A model generated the notes under the pieces. That model was not told where the DNA came from. It made no database searches and saw only the letters and a list, made by a program, of their open reading frames with translations. From assembly GCA_963850825.1 (NCBI GenBank), contig CAWKOQ010000015.1:406-64405 (forward strand): a stretch of DNA of 64,000 nt. Direction: 5' to 3'. Below are positions 26,444-36,208 of the stretch, piece by piece. This stretch comes from an uncultured Gammaproteobacteria bacterium. GTDB lineage: Bacteria > Pseudomonadota > Gammaproteobacteria > Steroidobacterales > Woeseiaceae. A program made the position numbers and the translations under genes. Numbering within the stretch: the first letter of the stretch is position 1; every line of letters starts with the position of its first letter.

Positions 26444-27897
26444 AACACTATTCCCAGGTCACTGCTGAGGTCGATCAGTCGAGAGGCGGACGCACCACGG
26501 CCGCATTCTTCGATTTCGACGGGACGCTGATTGCGGGCTTTTCGGTGGCATCGTTCGTGCAACGCCGACTGCTGGGCGGCAACATGCCGCCGCGGGAAAT
26601 GTTCGCGCAATTCGTAGCGGCCTGGGAATACGGCATTGGCACGGCCGACTTTGCACGCGTCCTGGCCCGATCGGCCGAGAGCCTGCGCGGCAGATCGGAA
26701 ACTGAGCTGGCGGAAACCGCAAGGGAAGTCTATGAGAAGGACCTCTCAGGCAGTATCTACCCTGAGTCGCGCGCCCTCATAGAGGCCCACCGCGCCAAAG
26801 GACATACGATTGTTATCGTATCGTCGGCGACGCAATACCAGGTACAACATGTCGCGGACGAGCTCGGCATCGAGCATGTTCTGTGCACCGAACTCGAGGT
26901 CGAAGACGGCGCCCTTACGGGCGAGATTATCCCGCCAATCTGTTACGGCGAGGGCAAGCTGCATGCGGCACAGCGCTTCGCCAACGAGCATGGCGTCAAA
27001 CTCGACAAGAGCTATTTCTATTCCGACGGTGGTGAGGACATTCCGCTGCTTGAAGCTGTCGGATTCCCGCGGCCGATCAATCCGGATCGTAGACTGGCCC
27101 GCAAGTCCCGACGCGAAGGCTGGCCTGTGCAACGGTTTACCAGCCGCGGACTGCCCGGACTTACCGATGTCGTGAGGACCAGCCTGGTTTACAGTAGCCT
27201 GGTCGGCTCGTTCATGACTGGCCTTCCGGCGTTATTACTCAACCAGTCGAAGCGTGACCTCGTCAATGTCGCGATACCCACGTGGGGTGATTTCGGCAGC
27301 GCGGTTGCCGGACTGGACATCGAGACTGAGGGCGAAGAGCACCTCTGGTCGCATCGTCCAGCCGTCTTCATTTTCAACCATCAGAGTCAGACTGACGCAC
27401 TGATTATCTCGCGGCTTCTGCGGCGGGACTTCACAGGTGTGGCCAAGAAAGAGATGAAATTGAATCCGTTGGTCGGCACGGTTCTCGATGCAGTGGGTAC
27501 AGTGTTCATCGATCGTGACGATCATGACAAGGCGATCGAGGCATTGAAGCCCGCTGTCGACAGCCTCAGGAACGGGACGTCGTTCGCGATTGCGCCCGAA
27601 GGACAGCGCAGCCGGGGGTACAAACTCGGCCGGTTCAAGATGGGCGCGTTTCACATCGCGATGCAGGCCGGCGTCGCTATCGTGCCGATCGTGATCGCAA
27701 ACTCGTCAGACTCGATGCCCAAGAGTGGCATATTCATTCGTCCGGCCAGGATCAGCGTCAAGGTATTGCCTCCCGTCGCTACCGTCGACTGGACGACCGA
27801 TAACATCCATCATCGCGTCGATGAAATTCGTCGCATGTTCCTCAGGGAACTCGGGCAGACCCGCGATGAGGATGTAAAATTGCGGCGAGTGAAATAA
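26440..27897 (+). CDS. Fusion protein: HAD-IB phosphatase domain + PlsC-type 1-acylglycerol-3-phosphate acyltransferase domain
   Basis: HAD motifs FFDFDGTLI, SSAT and YSDGGEDIPLL. Acyltransferase motifs FIFNHQSQTD (HX4D) and IAPEGQRSRG. Confidence 0.85.
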   Translation: MKHYSQVTAEVDQSRGGRTTAAFFDFDGTLIAGFSVASFVQRRLLGGNMPPREMFAQFVAAWEYGIGTADFARVLARSAESLRGRSETELAETAREVYEKDLSGSIYPESRALIEAHRAKGHTIVIVSSATQYQVQHVADELGIEHVLCTELEVEDGALTGEIIPPICYGEGKLHAAQRFANEHGVKLDKSYFYSDGGEDIPLLEAVGFPRPINPDRRLARKSRREGWPVQRFTSRGLPGLTDVVRTSLVYSSLVGSFMTGLPALLLNQSKRDLVNVAIPTWGDFGSAVAGLDIETEGEEHLWSHRPAVFIFNHQSQTDALIISRLLRRDFTGVAKKEMKLNPLVGTVLDAVGTVFIDRDDHDKAIEALKPAVDSLRNGTSFAIAPEGQRSRGYKLGRFKMGAFHIAMQAGVAIVPIVIANSSDSMPKSGIFIRPARISVKVLPPVATVDWTTDNIHHRVDEIRRMFLRELGQTRDEDVKLRRVK

Positions 27898-27913
27898 AGT
27901 TTCAAGCCAGCTG

Positions 27914-29668
27914 ATGCCACGCATACTCGACAACCCGGCGTTTCAGGAAGAACTGGAAGCCATCGCGCAGCAATCGGGGCAATCGATCAAAGCCGTCCGC
28001 TCCGAAGCGAATGCAAACCTCGAGGAAATGCGTAGCAAGCGCAGCGGCCCATGGGTCGCCGTGTTCGCCTGGCTCAGTCGCTACATCTGCCGCCGCGGTT
28101 ATCATCCCGAATATCACTTTGACACGGCGGAACTTGACCGCGTGCGTAATCTAGCGGCGGGCAAGTCCGTCGTATATCTCGTGACGCACAAGACCTACCT
28201 GGATTTCTTCGTCCTGTATGACTTCTTCTACCGAAATGGCATCGCGCCGCCCTACATTTTTGGCGGTATCAACATGGCTTTCTCGGGCTTCGGTTCGCTG
28301 GCACGTCGGGCCGGCGGAATATTCATCCGGCGCACGTTCACCGACAAGCCAATCTACAAAGCCGTCTTGCACCGCTACATCCGATACCTGGTCGACAGGG
28401 GCTGCTCATTCAGCTGGGCAATAGAAGGTACGCGCTCACGCACCGGCAAGCTCGTCCTGCCGAAGATCGGGCTCCTGAAATATGTAGTCGATGCGGCACG
28501 GCCGCTCGGCGAAGACGTTGTCGCCTACATCCCCGTATCCGTATCCTACGACCAGATTCCGGACGTTACCGATATGACAGCACAGGAATCCGGCGCATCC
28601 AAGAAGCCCGAGAGCCTGGGCTGGTTCATTCGCTATATCCGGCGACTCGGCAACCACTACGGCAACATCTACATTCGATTCGGTGAAGATGTCACCATGC
28701 ATGAAACGCCGGACGCGCCCGATCTGAGCGAGACCCAACAGCTGGTCTCTCCCGAAATCATCGATGTGCAAAAGCTGGCGTTCGAAGTCTGCTATCTGAT
28801 CAACGAGGTCACGCCGGCAACCGTCACCTCACTGATCCTGATGTCGCTGCTGTGCCGCACGGCGGCCAGGCCGGAAAGTATTCATGCCGACGTCGAAGCG
28901 CTGGAGAAGTACCTGGCAAGTCGCCAGTCCGCATCGATCTTCGCCACACCGAACCGACCTGTCCCGAACGACGTGGGAGCCGCCCTCGCCGCGTTGATCA
29001 CCAACGGTATTGTGCAGAAAGATCCCGACGGCAAATATTGCAGCATCGTCCCCGAACGCTACCTCGTTGCCTTGTACTACAGCAATATGGCCGTGCACCA
29101 TTTCGTCATCGCCGCGTTCACCGAGCTCGGCCTGCTCAATATTGCGCACGCCGAATCGGATTCCGGCGAGCAGGCATTCCAGGCAGAAATCCGTCGTTTG
29201 AGAGACCTGTTCAAGTACGAGTTCTTCTTTGCGCGCTCGGAAGCGTTCCGACAACAACTCACCGATGAACTCAGCTACCTGGACGCACCGATGGAGAAGA
29301 TTCTCCATCAGGACAGGGAGGACGCGGTAGCTCTGCTTCGTCGCCAACCGCTGCTCGTCGCCTACGGCGCATTTTCACCGTTTATCAACGCATACCAGGT
29401 CGTCGCAGACTGCCTGCTGCAGGACGGTGCGGCGGCGGCCGACGACCAGGTGGCGTACGTCGCAAGGTGCCAGGCCGAAAGTCGCAAGACCGGTGCCGGC
29501 TACCCGGGGTTTGCCTCGAGGGCACTACTGACCAATGGCTACCTGCTGGCTGAGAATCGCGGACTCCTCGGGGCCGGCGAAGAGGTCGCAAACAATCGCA
29601 AGCACTTTGCGAATGATCTCCGCTTCATATCGGAGCAACTCCACGAGATTCGGGGTATGACCGACTAG
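27914..29668 (+). CDS. PlsB-like glycerol-3-phosphate acyltransferase (short form)
   Basis: YLVTHKTYLDFFVL (HX4D) and WAIEGTRSRTGKLVLPKIGLL match PlsB blocks I and III. Confidence 0.8.
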   Translation: MPRILDNPAFQEELEAIAQQSGQSIKAVRSEANANLEEMRSKRSGPWVAVFAWLSRYICRRGYHPEYHFDTAELDRVRNLAAGKSVVYLVTHKTYLDFFVLYDFFYRNGIAPPYIFGGINMAFSGFGSLARRAGGIFIRRTFTDKPIYKAVLHRYIRYLVDRGCSFSWAIEGTRSRTGKLVLPKIGLLKYVVDAARPLGEDVVAYIPVSVSYDQIPDVTDMTAQESGASKKPESLGWFIRYIRRLGNHYGNIYIRFGEDVTMHETPDAPDLSETQQLVSPEIIDVQKLAFEVCYLINEVTPATVTSLILMSLLCRTAARPESIHADVEALEKYLASRQSASIFATPNRPVPNDVGAALAALITNGIVQKDPDGKYCSIVPERYLVALYYSNMAVHHFVIAAFTELGLLNIAHAESDSGEQAFQAEIRRLRDLFKYEFFFARSEAFRQQLTDELSYLDAPMEKILHQDREDAVALLRRQPLLVAYGAFSPFINAYQVVADCLLQDGAAAADDQVAYVARCQAESRKTGAGYPGFASRALLTNGYLLAENRGLLGAGEEVANNRKHFANDLRFISEQLHEIRGMTD

Positions 29669-31140
29669 CCGGCCTTTTTGCGTGCCTTCGTCTTTTTCAT
29701 TGCCGCTCGCGGACTGCTTCTTTTTGCCTCAGCTTCAGCCGCTTTTTTCAGCGCCTGGAACGAGCGCCTGGCGCAGGCCACAAAAAATTCCGGATCCGGT
29801 GTGATCTCGCGGCAACCGGTAATCGACAGAACGATCTCGCCGTTGTAGCTGATCGCCGTCAGGATCAGGCCCATGCCGTCGAGAACGGGTGCGCAGCCCG
29901 TCGACTTGAGCAGCTTGGCCCCGTTGAGATAAAGCGGGTGCTGAGGCCCGGGAACGTTGGTCACCGTGCAATTCGCCAGTCGGACAGCCCGGTGCCCCAG
30001 ACCGAGACCCGTGACAAGCCGGCCTGCAAGTGCGGTGGTCGCAGACGGGATATGCCGCGAAATGTCGGTCATCTGGCGTGCCCCGATCGCGCGGTCGGTC
30101 GCCTTGGCGCCGGCCGTCGCCTCTCGTACCGCCCGCAGCCGCGCCAGCGGATCGGCCACATCTGTATGCACGGGCACGGTCATCGTTGCGAGCACGTTGC
30201 CGGCAACATCGGACTCTTCGGCCGTACGCGTGTTGATTGGCGCCATGACGATCAGCGACTCTTCCGGGAGCTCGTCCTTGCTCAGCAGGTATTCGCGTAG
30301 CGCTCCACCACACAGTGTCAGGATGACATCATTGACAGTTGCCCCGGCCACGGCCTTCCTGATGTCGCTCAGCTGCTTGAGCTTGAACGTTATACCGTCG
30401 AATACGCGGTGCGCGGATACCGAAGCATTGAATATCGTATCGGGAACCTCGTAATTCTGGCTGATGTCGGGCAACTGGCCCTTGAGAAGCGACTGACTGA
30501 CACCGGGCAGAACCGATGCTACAGCCCTCGCCAGCTGGAACGGCTGGCGGATGTTATTGACAGCGGCGCGAGCCATGAGGCCAAGCCAGGACGGTTCGGA
30601 TTGCGGCTCCCACGGCTCGGCCTCCGGATCCGATTCGAACTCAGGTGTCGTGCTATGCAGCCCGGCAACGATCTCCGTGCCCGTCGCACCATCGATGGCC
30701 GCATGGTGATACTTGGCGATGATCGCGAACGCGCCTTTGGGAATGCCCTTGATGTTATCGAGCCCTTCGACGAGGTACATCTCCCAAGGGGGGCGGCTGA
30801 GGTCCAGGCGGCGCGAGTGAATGCGTGCAACCAGGATGCACAGCTGCCGCCAGTCGCGTGGCTCGGGCAATGCGATGTGACGAATATGAAATTCCAGATC
30901 GAACTGCTCGTCATCAACCCAGTAGGGATAGTCGACGCTGAGCGGCAGCGACACGAGTTTTTGCCTGAAAACGGGCGAAGTGTGCAACCGGCTTTCGACG
31001 TACCTGAGAACATCCTTGTGGCGCACCACGCCACCGGGTGCGGTCGACTGGTCATAGATATACAAAGCCGTCAGATGCAAATGCGCCCCCTGGCTCTCCA
31101 GGTACAGAAACGCAGCATCCTGGGCGGTGAGTTGCCTCAT
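29665..31140 (-). CDS. Wax ester synthase / diacylglycerol acyltransferase (WS/DGAT)
   Basis: HHAAIDGATG (HHxxxDG) active site. Start trimmed to 31140. ATGA overlap with the upstream hydrolase. Confidence 0.9.
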   Translation of the reverse strand: MRQLTAQDAAFLYLESQGAHLHLTALYIYDQSTAPGGVVRHKDVLRYVESRLHTSPVFRQKLVSLPLSVDYPYWVDDEQFDLEFHIRHIALPEPRDWRQLCILVARIHSRRLDLSRPPWEMYLVEGLDNIKGIPKGAFAIIAKYHHAAIDGATGTEIVAGLHSTTPEFESDPEAEPWEPQSEPSWLGLMARAAVNNIRQPFQLARAVASVLPGVSQSLLKGQLPDISQNYEVPDTIFNASVSAHRVFDGITFKLKQLSDIRKAVAGATVNDVILTLCGGALREYLLSKDELPEESLIVMAPINTRTAEESDVAGNVLATMTVPVHTDVADPLARLRAVREATAGAKATDRAIGARQMTDISRHIPSATTALAGRLVTGLGLGHRAVRLANCTVTNVPGPQHPLYLNGAKLLKSTGCAPVLDGMGLILTAISYNGEIVLSITGCREITPDPEFFVACARRSFQALKKAAEAEAKRSSPRAAMKKTKARKKAG

Positions 31141-32069
31141 GCGAACTCGGCAACCTCCGCCCCGACATTCGCGTTGCCATCGCCGGCAACGGCGCAATGA
31201 GACGCGATTAACCTCGCGAACTCCGGTATCAGCTGCTCAGGTAAATCATGGCCCATGCCGGGAATTACATGCAGTTTTGCGTTAGCAACGCACTGCGCCG
31301 TGTGCCGGCCAGCATCGACCGGTATCAGCGGATCGTCCTCGCCATGGATAACGAGCGTCGGCCGCTCGATCGTGTCCAGCAGCTTCGTGCGGTCGCCGCT
31401 TGTCGCCATCGCTGCGAACTGCCTGATATCGGCAGCCGGGTCAAAATTGCGGTCGACCCACGATGTGACACGCTGGCGCCTTTCTTCGGCAGGCATTGGG
31501 TAGGCGGGACTTGCATTCAATTGCCAGAAATCGACGAGATACTTGATCATCTGCTCCCGATCGAAGTTCTTACTGTGCTTGAACAAGGCATGCCTGAGGA
31601 CCTTAGGACGCGGGCCCGGAAGCTTACGACTGCCGCTCGTCGACATGATGGATGTCAGGCTCCTCACACGATCAGCGTGCTTCGCCGCGATAATCTGCGC
31701 GATCATGCCGCCCATCGATGCGCCGACCATGTGAGCCTGGCGAATGTCCAGCGCGTCGAGTAGCCCGATCGTGTCCAACGCCATGTCGTCGAGTGAATAT
31801 GGAACTTTGAACTTGATGCCCAGAAGACTGCCGATCATGGACCGCACCATACCCGGTGCCTTAACGCCATCCAGGTGCGTTGACAGCCCCACATCGCGAT
31901 TATCAAAGCGAATTACGCGAAGTGATTGCTCCGCCAGCACTCGGCAAAAGGCCTCGGGCCAAACCACCATCTGCCCGGCGAATCCCATGATCAGTACAAC
32001 CGCAGGATCACCGGGATCACCGAATTCCTCGAACTCGATCCGGATTCCGTTTGCAGTTACTGATGCCAT
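31137..32069 (-). CDS. Alpha/beta hydrolase (lipase/esterase-like)
   Basis: MASVTANGIRIEFEEFGDPGDPAVVLIMGF... and GASMGG. Start trimmed to 32069. Confidence 0.85.
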   Translation of the reverse strand: MASVTANGIRIEFEEFGDPGDPAVVLIMGFAGQMVVWPEAFCRVLAEQSLRVIRFDNRDVGLSTHLDGVKAPGMVRSMIGSLLGIKFKVPYSLDDMALDTIGLLDALDIRQAHMVGASMGGMIAQIIAAKHADRVRSLTSIMSTSGSRKLPGPRPKVLRHALFKHSKNFDREQMIKYLVDFWQLNASPAYPMPAEERRQRVTSWVDRNFDPAADIRQFAAMATSGDRTKLLDTIERPTLVIHGEDDPLIPVDAGRHTAQCVANAKLHVIPGMGHDLPEQLIPEFARLIASHCAVAGDGNANVGAEVAEFA

Positions 32070-32281
32070 GGATCTTTGTCGATATAGCGGCCGATGGCTT
32101 CGTGGATCTGATTTTCGGTGTTGCGCACATAGACACCGTCGATGTCTTTCGGGATCTCCACGATCACCTCCATATCGGTCGCGCTGTACTCTGAATAACT
32201 CGGCGTCCACACACGTTGCAGGTACGGATGGTCCCAGTTTTCAATGTTTGGCTCGATACGATTTACAAGTTCCACACTCAT
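32057..32281 (-). pseudogene. N-terminal ~65-codon stub of a carotenoid-oxygenase paralog
   Basis: MSVELVNRIEPNIENWDHPYLQRVWTPSYSEYSATDMEVIVEIPKDIDGVYVRNTENQIHEAIGRY aligns with the N-terminus of 43514-44986. It diverges at 32087/32088 (IDKDPWHQ*). Confidence 0.65.
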
Positions 32282-32339
32282 AACAGCCTCTTCAAAACAC
32301 TCAATAGGGTTGGCGCCGATCTGGCCCCTTGACAGACTC

Positions 32340-32356
32340 AGTCTAATAATGAAAGC
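32340..32356 (-). promoter_or_regulatory. Operator-like 17-mer (16/17)
   Basis: + strand AGTCTAATAATGAAAGC. It is 58 nt from start 32281 (-) and 85 nt from start 32442 (+). Confidence 0.7.
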
Positions 32357-32441
32357 TACCAGTGCATCTCGCTGCTGGCAAGTGAGTCGGCGACTGCCAG
32401 GCCAACTATTTTTCGAGAATAATTCTCATTGAGGTCTTCCG

Positions 32442-33998
32442 ATGGCTACCGACCCCACAGCCCCACAGGGCCACGATTCTCCACCGCCCATCGCCACGGG
32501 CAAGGAGTACATTGACAGCCTGCGTGGTCGAAAACTCAAGGTCTACCTGTTCGGCGAACGAGTTGACGAACCTGTCGATCACCCGATTATCCGCCCGTCA
32601 ATTAACGCCGTCGCCGCGACTTACGACCTGGCAAAAAACCATCCTGAGCTGGCCACTGCCATGTCGCCACTGACCGGCCAAAGCGTCAATCGCTTTACCC
32701 ACATCGCCGGAAGCCCGGAAGAACTCGTCATGCAGAACAAAATGCAGCGACGGCTGGGACAACTCACGGGCACCTGCTTCCAGCGCTGCGTAGGCATGGA
32801 TGCGATCAACGCACTGCACTCAGTGACCTACGAGATTGATGAAGCGAACGAAACGCAGTACCACCAGCGCTTCAAACGCTTTGTCACGATGGTGCAACAT
32901 TCCGGATTCGTGATCGGTGGTGCAATGACCGACGTCAAGGGCGACCGCAGCAAGGCCCCGCATGAACAGGATGATCCGGATCTGTTCGTGCATGTGTCGA
33001 AGCGCAACGAGGACGGTGTATGGATTCGCGGTGCCAAGGCACACCAGACCGGCTGCATCAACTCACACTGGCTATTGGTGATGCCGACCATGCGGCTTGG
33101 CCCGGACGATAAAGACTACGCCATTGTCGGTGCTATCCCGGTCGATGCGGAGGGGATCACTTATATTTACGGCAGGCAGTCCTGCGACTCCCGAGCGATG
33201 GAAGGCGGCGACATTGATGCCGGCAATGCAAAGTTCAGCGGCCAGGAAGCCATGGTCATTTTCGATGACGTGTTCATCCCATGGGAAAACGTGTTTATGG
33301 ATGGTGAGTACGATTTCGCCGCCATGCTCGTTGAGCGATTCACCTGCTATCACCGACGATCTTATGTCTGCAAGTCTGGCGTCGGCGATGTCCTGATTGG
33401 CGCCGCCGCTACTGCAGCCGATTACAACGGCGTTGAGAACGTCTCTCACATCAAAGACAAACTCGTCGAAATGACACACTTGAATGAGACAATCTACAGC
33501 ACGGGTATTGCATCGAGTTACCAGGCATCCGAGATGAAATCGGGTGTCTATCTCAACGACGATATGATCGCGAACGTCTGCAAGCATCATGTGACCAAGA
33601 TGCCGTATGAGATCGGTCGCCTCGCGCAGGATATCGCAGGCGGACTAATGGTAACTGCGCCTTCGCAGCAGGATTTCGACAGCCCGGAGATCGGCCATGT
33701 CATCCGGAAATACCTCAAGGGACGCAAGGGGATCGATGTCGAGGACCGAATTCGTATCCTGCGCCTGATCGAGAATATGACACTTGGACGCAACGCAGTC
33801 GGCTACCTGACGGAGTCCATGCACGGTGCCGGGTCACCGCAGGCGCAACGGATTCAGATCGCTCGGCAAATGCAGAAAGAATTCAAGAAACAACTCGCCA
33901 AGACGCTTGCCGGCGTCGAGCCGGGACTCGCCGAAGAAGTGCAGGATGATCTGTCCGGGTACATGGCCAGGGTGTTTGAACCGACAGAGACCGATTAA
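32442..33998 (+). CDS. 4-hydroxybutyryl-CoA dehydratase / vinylacetyl-CoA isomerase (AbfD)-like, HpaB superfamily
   Basis: YIDSLRGRKLKVYLFGERVDEPVDHPIIRPSINAVAATYDLA and the Cys pair in TGTCFQRCVGMD are typical of AbfD rather than HpaB. Confidence 0.8.
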   Translation: MATDPTAPQGHDSPPPIATGKEYIDSLRGRKLKVYLFGERVDEPVDHPIIRPSINAVAATYDLAKNHPELATAMSPLTGQSVNRFTHIAGSPEELVMQNKMQRRLGQLTGTCFQRCVGMDAINALHSVTYEIDEANETQYHQRFKRFVTMVQHSGFVIGGAMTDVKGDRSKAPHEQDDPDLFVHVSKRNEDGVWIRGAKAHQTGCINSHWLLVMPTMRLGPDDKDYAIVGAIPVDAEGITYIYGRQSCDSRAMEGGDIDAGNAKFSGQEAMVIFDDVFIPWENVFMDGEYDFAAMLVERFTCYHRRSYVCKSGVGDVLIGAAATAADYNGVENVSHIKDKLVEMTHLNETIYSTGIASSYQASEMKSGVYLNDDMIANVCKHHVTKMPYEIGRLAQDIAGGLMVTAPSQQDFDSPEIGHVIRKYLKGRKGIDVEDRIRILRLIENMTLGRNAVGYLTESMHGAGSPQAQRIQIARQMQKEFKKQLAKTLAGVEPGLAEEVQDDLSGYMARVFEPTETD

Positions 33999-34066
33999 TG
34001 TCCAGACTACGCTCGCTACCGGACGAGCACCTCGAGTCCCAAAAAGTAACGGACGGCAATCACCCA

Positions 34067-35002
34067 CTAGGCCGCGCGGTACTCCGCCGCGATTTTGCTC
34101 GCGAGTGATCCGACGGACTGAATCTCATGCACTACTTGTGCGGTCGGCCCAGCTGACCAAATATCCTTCCATGCTTTAACTTCGTTTTCCGGTCCACCGA
34201 GATTCATACCGTTGCCGGGCTGCAAGTTGTCCGGATCGAGCCCGGCCCGAATGATGCTATCCCTCAAGTAGTACGCTGGCGCACCACTGAACGAGTCGGT
34301 CAGCACAAGGTCTTTGGGACCGGCGTCGACAACCATCTGTTTGTATTCCTGCACAGCAAGGCTTTCGTCCGTCGCGATAAATCGTGTTCCCATGTAAGCA
34401 AGATCCGCGCCCAGAATTTCCGCGGCGCGAACACCCTGGCCGTTGCAGATACCGCCCGCGGCAATGACGATACCGTCGAAGAAGCTTCTCACGGCAGGAA
34501 TAAATGTAAAGCCGGTTACGTGTCCTGTATGCCCGCCCGCGCCTGCACTGACCAACGCAAGGCCATCAACCCCGACGGCAGCGGCTTTGCGCGCATACTC
34601 AACACTGTTGACGTCCGCTATCACCATTCCACCATACCCGTGCACTCGCTCGACGATCGCTTTCGGACTGCCAAGCGCTGTGATTACCAGTGGCGGCTGG
34701 TATTTTTCGAGCAGAGCAACCTCCTCGTCTAATCGCGGATAGGTACTGTGTACGACCAAGTTGACCGCCCAACTGCCTTTGAACTGACGTCCGTCGTCCG
34801 CATTCGCGGCGTTGCTGACGCGCTGCAACCAGTCTTCAAAAATAGTAATGTCACGCGCGTTGGGAGCCGGAAACGCGCCGATCATCCCTGCCTTTATTGC
34901 AGCAATTACCATATCCGGCCCGGAAACCAGGAACATCGGCGCGACCACAGCCGGTACCGCTAACTGAGACTTGATTTCGGCAATTCTTTCACGCGGATGC
35001 AT
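34067..35002 (-). CDS. Nitronate monooxygenase / FMN-dependent enoyl-reductase-like protein
   Basis: 311-aa NMO-type TIM-barrel pattern with SAGAGGHTGHV. Confidence 0.85.
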   Translation of the reverse strand: MHPRERIAEIKSQLAVPAVVAPMFLVSGPDMVIAAIKAGMIGAFPAPNARDITIFEDWLQRVSNAANADDGRQFKGSWAVNLVVHSTYPRLDEEVALLEKYQPPLVITALGSPKAIVERVHGYGGMVIADVNSVEYARKAAAVGVDGLALVSAGAGGHTGHVTGFTFIPAVRSFFDGIVIAAGGICNGQGVRAAEILGADLAYMGTRFIATDESLAVQEYKQMVVDAGPKDLVLTDSFSGAPAYYLRDSIIRAGLDPDNLQPGNGMNLGGPENEVKAWKDIWSAGPTAQVVHEIQSVGSLASKIAAEYRAA

Positions 35003-35005
35003 ACG

Positions 35006-36208
35006 TCAGACCCTTTCAATAATGGCAGCGGCCCCGATGCCGGCCGCCCCTGAAATTGCGATCAGCCCCGTCGAAAGATCACTCTGTTCCAGCTCATCGA
35101 GCACTGTTCCGAGTAGTGAAGCGCCGGTCGCTCCCATCGCGTGACCCAGCGATATTGCGCCGCCATTCACATTAACGATCTCGGGATCGATGTCTAGCTC
35201 GCGCGGAAATTTGATACTCGTCGAGGCGAACGCCTCGTTGAATTCGTAAAGATCAATATCACTCGCCTGCATGTTGGAAGCTGCGAGCGCGGCTTGAGCT
35301 GCATCAATTCCGCCGGTCAAACCAAGCCACTCACTTGCACTGGCATTCTTCATCGTTCGAATGCGGGCTCGCGGCGTGAGGTCAAACTTTCTTCCTGCTT
35401 CACGACTGCCGATAAGCACCATCGACGCACCATCGACAATGCCGGGCGAGTTTCCTTTGTGGTGAACGAATTGCAGGGTTTCCAATTCGGGAAACGCCTT
35501 CTTGAAAGGTGTTTCGTAGTGTACGGCAAAGCTCGGAAAACTAGGCTCAAAACTCGCAAGAAGCTCCGCTGTGACGTTGCCGCGAATAATTTCATCTTTG
35601 TCGAGTGCGACGCTTCCATCGTCATTGGTTATAGCGATCAATGAGCGAGCGAAACGCCCCTGGTCGCTCGCCTTCGCGGCGCGCTGTTGCGATTGCACTG
35701 CGTAAGCGTCACAGTCCTCGCGCGATATGCCATCGAGACTTGCTATCAGATCTGCCGCAAGCCCCATCGGTACAAAGCGCGCGGCTTTAATGGTTGCAGG
35801 ATCGCTGTAAAAGCTCGCGTTATCGGACAGCATTGCAACACGCGACATACACTCGACACCGCCGGCGATGACTAGATCATCGACGCCACTAATCACCTTC
35901 ATTGCGGCAAAGTTACAAGCATCGAGCCCGGAACTGCAGTAGCGGTTGATCGTAATTCCGGATACCCGACTCGCCAGTCCGGCATACAAAGCGGCAACCT
36001 TGGCTATATTGCCGCCCTGCTCTTCTACCTGTGTGACACAACCGAGAACGACATCATCGAACGCGTCGCCTGGCAATTCTTGACGTGACTGCAACGCGGC
36101 GAACAACTGTGACAATAGCTGTACCGGTTTTTGCTCGTGCAACCCACCGCCTTGCTTACCTTTCCCTCGCGGCGTGCGAATGGCGTCGTAAACGTAAGCC
36201 TCAGTCAT
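35006..36208 (-). CDS. Acetyl-CoA C-acyltransferase (degradative thiolase)
   Basis: MTEAYVYDAIRTPRGKGK, NRYCSSGLDA and GHAMGATG. Start trimmed to 36208, overlapping the ligase stop by 8 nt. Confidence 0.9.
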   Translation of the reverse strand: MTEAYVYDAIRTPRGKGKQGGGLHEQKPVQLLSQLFAALQSRQELPGDAFDDVVLGCVTQVEEQGGNIAKVAALYAGLASRVSGITINRYCSSGLDACNFAAMKVISGVDDLVIAGGVECMSRVAMLSDNASFYSDPATIKAARFVPMGLAADLIASLDGISREDCDAYAVQSQQRAAKASDQGRFARSLIAITNDDGSVALDKDEIIRGNVTAELLASFEPSFPSFAVHYETPFKKAFPELETLQFVHHKGNSPGIVDGASMVLIGSREAGRKFDLTPRARIRTMKNASASEWLGLTGGIDAAQAALAASNMQASDIDLYEFNEAFASTSIKFPRELDIDPEIVNVNGGAISLGHAMGATGASLLGTVLDELEQSDLSTGLIAISGAAGIGAAAIIERV

